Shown piece by piece: positions 10,534-19,349 of a stretch of 64,000 nucleotides of DNA. Source of the stretch: an uncultured Acidobacteriota bacterium (GTDB lineage Bacteria; Acidobacteriota; Thermoanaerobaculia; Gp7-AA8; CAVUJZ01). The position numbers were made by a program, and so were the translations under genes. The notes beneath the pieces were generated by a model. It was not told where the DNA came from. It did no database searches and saw only the letters and a list, made by a program, of their open reading frames with translations. The stretch lies in the NCBI GenBank assembly GCA_963741905.1, contig CAVUJZ010000002.1:8599-72598 (forward strand). The letters run 5' to 3'. Within the stretch, counting starts at the first letter, position 1; the number at the start of each line of letters is the position of its first letter.

Positions 10534-11221
10534 CGGATATCCAACTCACGCCGAAGCTTCTGATCGGGGCGTTTCTGGCCGTTCTCGGCCTGCTTCTGAC
10601 CGGTGGAAACCTGGGCCTGATCGATCCCGAGCCCTTTCTGCGCTACTGGTCCGTGGTGCTGATCGCCATCGGCCTTCTCAGGATTCCCCACGAATCGGGC
10701 CGTTTCTGGGGCATCTTCTGGATCGTCGCCGGTGTCTGGATCCTGGCGCTGAACCTCGGCTGGGTTCCGTGGGGTCTGAGGGATCTCTGGCCGATCATTC
10801 TGGTTGGGGCGGGGATACTCCTGATTGTTCAGTCACTGACTCCGCGGGCTGCCGCGGACGATTCCGGCGGCCAGCCGTTTCGAATGTTCGGAGTCCTGAG
10901 CCGGCCGCGTCACCGGATCGGGACCGGCTCTCCCGCCCGGGGCTCGGCGGTGGCCTTTCTGGGCGGCTGCCGCATCGACCTGGAGACCACCGCGACGGAG
11001 GCCGCGATCGATGTGGTCGCGTTCTGGGGGGGATCGAGATCGTCGTCCCGCGCGGATGGACCGTGGACAATCGGGTTACCCCGTTCATGGGAGCGGTGGT
11101 GGATCGGACACGGTCGGACCGTTCGGAAGAGCACCGTCTGGTCATTCGCGGTGGAGTGATGATGGGGGGAATCGAAGTCCGGAACGCCCGCACGGCGGGG
11201 AAGAGGGAGGATGACGAATGA
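10530..11221 (+). CDS. LiaF-like (DUF2154-type) membrane protein, with the frame broken in a G7 tract
   Basis: The N-terminal TM segments resemble the paralog at 11589..12281. The C-terminal segment (GIEIVVPRGWTVDNRVTPFMGAVVDRT...LVIRGGVMMGGIEVRN) is read in the frame of ORF 10769..11221. The two frames join at GGGGGGG 11026-11032, and the paralog reads AFWGGIEI at this position. Confidence 0.65.
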
Positions 11222-11605
11222 ATCTGCAGCAAGGTGAGTCGAGGGATCCCGAGGAAGACCGTGGTCGGACCGGACGATTGATTGCCGGACTGATTCTGAT
11301 CGCTCTGGGCATCGTGTTCTTTCTCGATCAGATGGATTTCGGCCGGGCCGTTTCGCAATGGTGGCCTTTGATTCTGATCGCGATCGGGATCAGCCGGATG
11401 AGCCGGGCGGGGACGTTGGAGCTCGGGCCTCTGGCTGATTGCGATCGGAGGCTGGCTTCAGGTCAACGAGCTCGGGCTGTGGGGTCTGGACTACGGCTCG
11501 TCCTGGCCGTTGCTCCTGGTGTTGATCGGGGCCACGATCGTGATCGACGGGCTGTTCGGCGATGGCCGTTCCCGCAGACGGAGATCGGATGAGGAAACGA
11601 GCTGA
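11218..11605 (+). CDS. Small LiaI/LiaF-type transmembrane protein, with a frame break near 11425-11432
   Basis: The N-terminus LIAGLILIALGIVFFLDQM...WWPLILIAIGI continues in another frame as LWLIAIGGWLQVNELGLWGLDYGSSWPLLLVLIGATIVIDGLF and stops at 11603-11605. Confidence 0.5.
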
Positions 11606-12281
11606 CAGCGCGCGAGCGCGCGCCTCGCGAGTGGTGACCGGCCTGATTGTTCTGACCGTCGGTCTGCTGTTCCTTGGCGATCAGATGGGCGTGCTGCACG
11701 CGGAGAACTGGTTCGACTACTGGCCGGTCATTCTCATCGCGATCGGGCTGAGTCACCTGGTGGGGGGCTCTCTGATCGGTGGCGCCATCTGGCTGGCGAT
11801 CGGTGGCGTCTTTCTGATGCGGAACCTCGGTTGGACCGAGCTGGGATTCCGGGATCTGTGGGCCTTCTGGCCACTGCTGATCAGCTGGGTCGGAGGGGTT
11901 CTCGTCTTTCAATCGCTCACGGGGGACCGGAGAAATCGGGGGAACGATTCTGCACAGACGTTCAATGCGGTCGCGGTGATGGCGGGGAACCGGCGGACCA
12001 GCAGTTCGTCCGATTTCCTCGGAGGTGATGCCACCGCGATCATGGGCGGCTGCGAGATCGACCTTCGCTCCGCCACCATTGCCGGGAGCGAAGCAGTGAT
12101 CGACGTGATCGCGTTCTGGGGCGGGATCGAGATCCGGGTGCCGTCGGACTGGACCGTGGAAGGACGGGTCACGCCGGTTCTGGGCGGATACGAGGATCGG
12201 TCCGTGGCGCCCGCCGTACCTCGTCAGCGGCTGATCATCCGGGGAACCGCGGTGATGGGAGGAATCGAGGTTCGCAACTGA
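11589..12281 (+). CDS. LiaF-like (DUF2154-type) membrane protein, intact paralog
   Basis: TM segments are followed by GGCEIDLRSATIAGSEAVIDVIAFWGGIEIRVPSDWTVEGRVTPVLGGYEDRS...LIIRGTAVMGGIEVRN. The start is taken at ATG 11589 (MRKRADSARA). Confidence 0.65.
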   Translation: MRKRADSARARASRVVTGLIVLTVGLLFLGDQMGVLHAENWFDYWPVILIAIGLSHLVGGSLIGGAIWLAIGGVFLMRNLGWTELGFRDLWAFWPLLISWVGGVLVFQSLTGDRRNRGNDSAQTFNAVAVMAGNRRTSSSSDFLGGDATAIMGGCEIDLRSATIAGSEAVIDVIAFWGGIEIRVPSDWTVEGRVTPVLGGYEDRSVAPAVPRQRLIIRGTAVMGGIEVRN

Positions 12282-13361
12282 TGCATCCAATTCTCGCCCG
12301 ACGTGATCGGTTGGCTGCATGGCTGATCTTCATCCTGCTGGTTGCGGCTCTCCTGACCTGGGCCTTGATGATCAGCCGCAGCATCGAGTTGCAGCCGGCG
12401 GTCCTGCTGGTCCTGCTGCCGACTGTGATGTTTGCGCCGATGGGGCTTTCCACCTGGTACTCCTGCAGATCGCTTCCTCTCGAGACCACCTCGCCTGCCC
12501 GGATCATCACCAGTCATGCGCTCGGTGCCGCGGTGGCTTCGGGACTCTGGCTGGTGATCTGGCGCGGCTGGCTGACTCTGCTCCGTCACTGGGGACTGCA
12601 GGGGCTGGACGAACTGCCGCCGCTGGGCGTGGCGCTTCAGTTCCTCTTTACATTGGGCGTTCTTCTTTACCTTCTGTCGGTCGGCGGTGCACTACCTGAT
12701 CCTCGCGTTCGAGGCCTCGCGGGAGGCGGAGGAGCGGGCACTGGAATACCGGATTCTCGCGCGCGAGGCGGAGCTGAAGGCATTCAAGTCTCAGATCGAC
12801 CCCCACTTCCTCTTCAACAGCCTCAATTCGATCAGCGCACTTTGTGGCGTTCGCCCCGCCGATGCGCGATCGATGTCCCAGCGACTTGCCTCCTTCCTCC
12901 GCAGCAGTCTCCGGCTCGGAGGAAGAAACCGGATCCCTCTTGCGGAAGAGCTCGAACTGGTGGATGTCTACCTCTCGATTGAACAGGTCCGCTTCGGTTC
13001 GCGCCTGCGCGTCGAGAAGGACGTCGATCCCTCGTGCGCCGACTGTGCCGTCCCCCCCCTGATCCTTCAGCCTCTCGTGGAGAATGCGGTGCGCCACGGC
13101 ATCGCCTCGCTGATCGACGGGGGCACGGTGTCCATCTCCGCGAGCCGGACGGCCACTCATCTGATCGTGGTGGTGGAAAATGACTATGATCCCGAGGAGC
13201 GTTCCTCCACGGGCGAGGGAATCGGAATGGAGAATGTCCGCGGACGACTCAGGACCAGCTTCGACGAACGAGCGGTCTTTCTCGCTCAACCGCAGGACGG
13301 AAGGTTTCGGGTGGAGCTCCGCATTCCCTGCGATCAGGCCACGGAGGGTGGAGACAGATGA
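12281..13361 (+). CDS. LytS/YehU-type sensor histidine kinase (membrane N-terminus), with a frame break near 12670-12690
   Basis: ORF 12281..12982 gives the TM-rich N-terminus. ORF 12687..13361 gives the His_kinase-type H box (QIDPHFLFNSLNSI) and ATPase N box (LILQPLVENAVRHG). The two ORFs differ in frame by 1 nt. Confidence 0.75.
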
Positions 13362-14107
13362 ATGAGGCCAGCGCACGGACGATCCGAGCCATTCTGGTGG
13401 ACGACGAGGAGCTCGCCCGCGGAATTCTCCGGGAGCTCCTTCAGGCTCACGAGGACTTCGAGATCATCGCGGAATGCCGGAACGGCTTCGAGGCGGTCAA
13501 GGCGGTCAGCGATCACGATCCCGATCTCCTCTTCCTGGACATTCAGATGCCCAAACTCGACGGGTTCGAAGTCCTGGAGCTTCTCGACCGGAAGCCGATT
13601 GTCGTCTTTGTGACGGCTTACGACGAGTACGCCATTCGCGCGTTCGAGGTTCATGCCGCCGACTACCTGCTCAAGCCGTTCAGCTCGGAACGATTCGGAG
13701 ATGTCCTCGACCACGTTCGGGAGCGGTTTGCGGCGCGTACGCCCCAGCCGCTGCAGGCGGTCTCGCGCGAGGCGCGAAGCGGGCCGCTGCAGCGCATTCT
13801 GGTTCGGGATGGGAGTGAGATCGAGGTCCTTCCGATCGCACGGCTGGACTACGTCGAGGCACAGGACGACGGCGTCGTTCTGGTCTCCGGCGAAAAGCGG
13901 CTGCGCAAGCAGCAGCCGCTCGGGGATCTCGAACGGATGCTCGACGCCTCCCGCTTCATCCGGATTCACCGGTCCTACATTCTGAATGTGGATCGCCTCG
14001 ACCGGGTGGAGCTCTACGCGAAAGACAGCCGGATTGCGATCCTCAAGGATGGCACCCGGCTGCCGATCAGCCGCACCGGCTACGGCAGACTGCGTGCGCT
14101 GCTCTAA
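13358..14107 (+). CDS. LytTR-family response regulator
   Basis: It has a receiver domain (AILVDDEELAR...LLFLDIQMPKLDGFEV) and a LytTR DNA-binding domain (FIRIHRSYILNVDRL). It overlaps the kinase stop by 4 nt. Confidence 0.85.
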   Translation: MNEASARTIRAILVDDEELARGILRELLQAHEDFEIIAECRNGFEAVKAVSDHDPDLLFLDIQMPKLDGFEVLELLDRKPIVVFVTAYDEYAIRAFEVHAADYLLKPFSSERFGDVLDHVRERFAARTPQPLQAVSREARSGPLQRILVRDGSEIEVLPIARLDYVEAQDDGVVLVSGEKRLRKQQPLGDLERMLDASRFIRIHRSYILNVDRLDRVELYAKDSRIAILKDGTRLPISRTGYGRLRALL

Positions 14108-14123
14108 CCCGGCTCCAGCAACC

Positions 14124-14312
14124 TCAGACCTTGTCCGGTGGAGCGGGGCTCTGCCGGCCTTCCTTCCGCTGGTCCTGAAATTCACGCCGGACCCGCCTCT
14201 GGTCCTCACGAAGCCTTTCGCGCTGCTGGGACTGGACGATCTCCTCTCCCTGGCGTTCCCGCCCGTGAGAGTGCTCGTAACGATCCTTGTTGACGTTGTT
14301 TTTCTTTCCCAT
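14124..14312 (-). CDS. Small highly charged hypothetical protein (62 aa)
   Basis: The ATG is preceded by GAGGT. Codon usage is consistent with its neighbours. I recognise no homology. Confidence 0.35.
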   Translation of the reverse strand: MGKKNNVNKDRYEHSHGRERQGEEIVQSQQRERLREDQRRVRREFQDQRKEGRQSPAPPDKV

Positions 14313-14635
14313 ACCTCGGTTCTTTGCGAGCGACGTGCCGTCAGGCCGGAGACGCTTCAGTCCGGAAACACGGCCACAGCCGCCCCGGGGTCATGTCTGC
14401 TCCCATGGCGGCCGGCGACAGGGAGGTTGGCCTTCTCATTCTCATTTCCAAAGGGAGCCGCAACGTGCTGAAGAGGCTGCGGTGCGGGCGGGGCGTGCGG
14501 TGCATCGCACCGCTTTCGTTGAAGGTGCCACGGAGCCGCGAGGGCGACATTCAACGAAAGCGGCGCGCTGGCGCCGCACTTCAAAGCGGGCCTCAACGTG
14601 CTGAAGAGGCTTCAATACGGGCGCCGTTGAACGGT

Positions 14636-15098
14636 TCAGGATGACGGATTCAACGTGTCCCTCAAGCGCTCGAGCTGTTCGGTGGGATAGCTCCGGGCAT
14701 TCACGCTGGCATGCGCTTCCCGGATCTTCCCGGTCTTCTCCGATGAGGTACGCAATTCGTTGTGCGTATTCGTCGGAGGCAGACTCGCAGGCGCCATAGG
14801 CGAGTCCGATGGCGTGGTCCACATCCGGCAGAAGAGAGAAGGGGAAGTGGTATTTCTCCGCGAATTTTCTCTGTTCCTCGGGCGGGTCGAAGCTGCACCC
14901 GAGAATCACCGTGTTCAGCGCGGAAAAGTCGTCGTGGAGGTCCCGGAACCCGGAACCTTCCGCGGTTCAGCCGGGGGTGTCGGCCCTGGGAAAGAACCAG
15001 AGAATCACATTCCGACCTCGAAGGTCGGCGAGATGCACCCGATCTCCCCGATGATCCTGAAGGTCGAAATCGGGGGCGGAATCGCCAGGCTTCAGCAT
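14636..15098 (-). CDS. bcp: PrxQ/Bcp-type peroxiredoxin with an in-frame TGA (candidate selenocysteine) at the peroxidatic position, plus one frame break near 14729-14733
   Basis: AAGGAG lies 7 nt upstream of ATG 15098. The protein reads MLKPGDSAPDFDLQDH...NVILWFFPRADTPG-[TGA 14967-14969]-TAEGSGFRDLHDDFSALNTVILGCSFDPPEEQRKFAEKYHFPFSLLPD.... ORFs 14967..15158 and 14442..14909 are in the same frame (249 nt apart). The C-terminus (GKIREAHASVNARSYPTEQLERL) is in the frame of ORF 14636..14824. Confidence 0.75.
14936..14961 (-). promoter_or_regulatory. SECIS-like mRNA hairpin 5 nt downstream of the in-frame UGA
   Basis: The RNA is GGAAGGUUCCGG-GUU-CCGGGACCUCC. It forms 11 pairs including one G.U, has one bulged A, and has a GU-containing apical loop about 20 nt after the UGA. 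Confidence 0.55.
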
Positions 15099-15162
15099 GC
15101 CGTGCTCCTTTCGGATCAGTGACTGGTAAAGATAACGGAGGACGCCTCCGAGGGACATTCCG

Positions 15163-18100
15163 TCAGTCTGCCTTCACCTGGACGGAATGTCCAGAAGCGG
15201 CGCTGCTCTGCAACGCTTCTTCTGCGATCGCCTGGAGACTCTCGACCCCATAGGGTTTGAGAAGAAGAAACACCCGGGGATCCTCCATTGCCTGGGTGAG
15301 GCGATCCCGGTCCACGTGTCCGCTGGAGAAGATGATCGGCAGGTCAGGCCACCGCTTTCGCAAACGGCGAAAGACCTCGATTCCGTCCAGATCCGGGAGG
15401 TGAACATCGAGCAGGACGAGATCCGGTCCGAATTCCTCCACGGCGGCGATGGCCTGATGTCCCGCCGAAACGGAACGAAAGTCCCATCCATCCAGTTCGA
15501 GAAGTTCGCCGATCCCGCTGGCGACCAGATCATCATCGTCGACCAGGAGCAGCCGGCGGGGGCGCACGGCGATCGCTGGCTGCTCAGCGCCCCGGCTCGA
15601 GTCGTCGCTGTCCTGGCCCAGCGGGATGAACAGATGAAATCTGGTTCCCCGGCTCACTTTGCTCTCGACGAAGATCGCGCCATCGTGACGGGTGACGATC
15701 TGATGGGCCACGGCCAGCCCCAGCCCGGTCGCCCCGGTCCGCCGGGTGGTGAACAGGGGATCGAAAATGTGGCGGAGATCGGCCGGGTCGATTCCTCTGC
15801 CGTCGTCCTCGACCGAAAGGTGGACGAACGCTTCAGGGTGCTCGACATGTCCCCATGGATAGCTGGCCTCCCGCGGCTCCCGCTGTGCCCTGAGGACGAG
15901 CCGGCCTCCATCGGGCATCGCGTCACGGGCGTTGAGAGCGAGATTCATCATCACCTGATGCATCTGATCCGGGTCCGCGAGCATCACCATCTCCCGTGAG
16001 TCGCATTGGGTGCGGATCGCGATTCCCGGCGGAAGCATCGGCTCCACGTGAGAGGCAAAACTCTCCAGCCACTCCGCCACGCGAACCTCCCCCAGAGCCG
16101 GATCCGAAGGCCGGGTGTAGCGGAGAATCTCCTGAGCCACCCGACGGCCGCGGTCGACGGAGACAAGGATATGATCGACCGACTTGAGGATCTTCAGGTC
16201 ATCGCTTCGCCGGCTGATCATCTGTGCGAACGGCTGAATGCCCATCAGAACGTTGTTGAACTCGTGGGCGATGGTTGCAGCCAGATGCCCCAGCCCCTGG
16301 AGCCGTTCCGAGAGCTCGAGCTGCTTCTCGAGGATCACCCGATCGGTCACGTCGCGGGTGTTGATGACGATTCCAGCGATGGCGGGATCATTTCTCAGAT
16401 CCTGACCGACCGCTTCCACGAAACGCCAGCTCCCATCCTTGTGCCGTGACCGGAAGGTGGCTCGATCGCTCAACAGCCCGGTGCCGATCGCCTCCAGGAA
16501 AATGTTCCGAACCTGGGGCAGGTCGTCCGGATGGACCAGATCGAATGCATTCGTGCCGGTCAGCTCCTCCGGATCGAATCCCAGCACGAACTTCATGCTC
16601 GGGCTTTCGTAGCGAATCGTTCCGTCGAGATCGAGGATCGAGAGGATGTCGGTCGAGTTCTCGATCAAGGCTCGAAAATGGCGTTCGCTCTGCTCGATCT
16701 GCCGGGTCGCCTCGTGCTGAATCGTCAGGTCGGTGATGGCGCCGGTCATCCGGATGGCCTCACCGGTTTCATTGCGCACGATCATTCCGCGATCGACGAT
16801 CCACGCGAACTCCCCATTGCCACGTCGGATCCGATACTCGCCCGTCCAGGAAGGAGCATCGCTTCGGAGAGCCTGATCGAGACTGGAGACCGTCGCTGTC
16901 CGGTCTTCGGGATGGAGCGATGCGATCCACGAGTCGAGCGTGCGAAGGCCGCCAGCCGCCGGATACCCGAAGCTCGACTGCAGTCCGTCGGTCCACTCGG
17001 TCTGGTCGGCTCGGATGTCCCAGTCGTAGATCGCATCCCGTGTCGCCTGAGCCGCGAGGCGAAAGCGCTCGTCCCGCTCTCTCACCCGCCGCTCTGCCTC
17101 GATCCTCGACCAGGTGTGGATGAACAGCTCGGAGGCCATCCGCAGTCCCGCCACTTCCTCCTCGAACCAGCTCCGCTTGTCGCGGACCGAATCGAACCCG
17201 AAGAAGCCGAAAAGCGACCCATCCTTCGAGATCGGGAGCAGCAGGAGAGACGGAACTTCCAGGGCTGCCAGGAGGTCCCGCTCCCCGGAAGCTTCTTCCG
17301 GAAGATCATCGAGACTGCGAACCATCACCGGCTCGAGTCGCTCCAGTCTTTCCATGAACCAGGGGCAGACCGAGGCAGGGACGTCCTGCAGCTGTTCGAT
17401 CTGCGGCTCGATCCCTGCGCGGCACCACTCGTGGGTATTGCGCAGGGACTGGCGATCGTTCGAGAGCTGGAACAGGTAGCATCGATCGACGCCGGCCCAC
17501 TCGCCCATCCGCCTCAACAGCCGGTTCACGGCCGGATCGAAACCTTCCGCGTCGGCTCCCACCAGATCGCGGGAGAGCTCATTGAGCAACTGATCCACCT
17601 CGTGTCGCCGCGCCTGTTCCCGCTCGATGCGCTTGCGCTCGGTGACGTCCCGGAGGATGCATTGGATCCGCCCGTCCCGGAGCTGCCGCGCGCTGATCTC
17701 CGCCACGCGCTCGGCTCCGTCGGCGCGGAGAAACGTTCGCTCTCCACGCACGATCTCGTGAGTGCTCCAAATCAGCGATGCGCTGAGATCTTCGCGGGTG
17801 AACCCGTAGATCGACCGGCCGATCAGCGCCTCCCGCGGCGCCCCGGCAACGCGGCAGCCAGCCTCGTTCACCTCCAGAATCTGTCCCTCGCGGTTCGCCA
17901 CGAAGATCGGATCCGAGGCCTGCTCGATCAGAGCACGGTACTGCTGTTCGCTCTCGGCCAGACGCCGCTGTGCAGCATCGCGCGCCAGCGCCTGGGCGAC
18001 GATCTCGGCGATCACCTTCAACTGGCGAACGTCAGCCTCGCTCCAGGCTCCGACGGTGCGCATCCGGTGAATTCCGAATACGCCCCGGGTCTCCTCACCG

Positions 18101-19267
18101 CAGGTGATGGGCACCGCGGCCGCGGAACGCACCCCGAGGCGCCGGAGGATGCCGCTCTGATCACTTCCGGGTACGTGCACGTCCGGAACGATGATCTCGG
18201 TGCCCCGCTCGATCGCCTCACGGATCCACTGCTCTCCCTGGCCGCTGACCGCCTCGAAGGTCCGGTTGTCGATCTCCGCACCCGGTGCGGACCAGCCGAT
18301 CTGACGCAGCCGGCCGTGTTCCACCTGAAGAATGAAGCAGCGGTCGGCATCGAGAAATCTGCCGGTCCGTGCCAGAACGTCCCTCAACGTCGGCTCGAAC
18401 GAATCGCCGCCGGCGCCCACCAGCGCTGCCGCGACTTCACCGGTCAGCGCCTCCACCTCGAGGCGGTGGCGCAGCTCCTCCTCTCCCTTCCTTCTCTCGG
18501 TGATGTCCCGGATGATCGCGTGATACCGCCCGTCGGGAAGCATCCGGGAACTGATCTCCACCGGCACGGTGGATCCATCCTTTCTCAGCAGGTGCCGTTC
18601 GGTCCGAAGCGTATGTCCTTCCCGGAGCTCCGACAGGCGCGGAGGCAGACTCAGACGATCCGCCTCCGGAAGGGTGTCGACCACGGTCATCGAGAGAAGC
18701 TCCTCCCGGGAATAGCCGAGCATTCTGCACATCATCTGATTCACATCGAGATGCCGCCCGGTCCGCTGATCGGCAACGCACATCCCGTCGGAGGCGAGCT
18801 CCATCAGCAGGTGACCGTCGTTTTCGTTCTCGCCCGAGTCCGGCACATCGACGCCATCACTCAGTTCCATCGCAACCAGCCCGAGCAGCCGCTGTCCCTC
18901 CGCGCTTCGAAGGGGAAATCGGATGCTCTTCCAGACATGCGTGCGCCCCTGCGAATCCGGCAGCCGCTCGACCAGTTCCAGCGGCTCGTCCCGCTCGAGT
19001 GCATCCCGATCGCTCACGTCCACGACCGCGGCAACCGGACTCTCCTCCAGATCGAATGAAGTCCTCCCGGACAGTTCCTCCTGCGAGAGTCCGAGGCGGT
19101 CCCGGAGCGTCCGGTTCGGCCCAGAGGAACCGTCGGTTCGGATCCTTGACGCAGGCAATCGCAGGAAGATGTTCCATGAAGGACCGGAACTGCGCTTCGG
19201 AGTCCATTCCGCCCGGCGGATTGACCGGTTCTTGATCAGGCATCAGAGAGAGGTCTCCACCATTCAT
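15163..19267 (-). CDS. Hybrid sensor histidine kinase (multiple PAS/GAF, HisKA, HATPase, C-terminal receiver), with a frame break near 19120
   Basis: It has H box HLAATIAHEFNNVLMGIQ, ATPase motifs (DDGRGIDP, TGLGLAVAHQIV) and receiver LLLVDDDD...LDVHLPDLDG. The first ~40 codons (ORF 18857..19267, ...HLPAIACVKDPNRRFLW) are offset by 1 nt. Confidence 0.85.
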
Positions 19268-19349
19268 ACCTCATCAGTCGCGGACGGTCGGTGAGAAATA
19301 CAGCCCCGGCCCGGAACGGCTCCGGAGGGAGGTTCGGCCCCGCAGTCAT

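Noticed and set aside
14440-14640. Two cttcaa-containing segments next to a candidate selenoprotein gene suggested a tRNA-Sec (selC) with a UCA anticodon.
   Set aside because: I could not build an anticodon stem around either CTTCAAA/CTTCAAT loop. There is no T-loop (GTTCRANYC) and no 8-bp acceptor stem on either strand. I keep the region only as a structured spacer.
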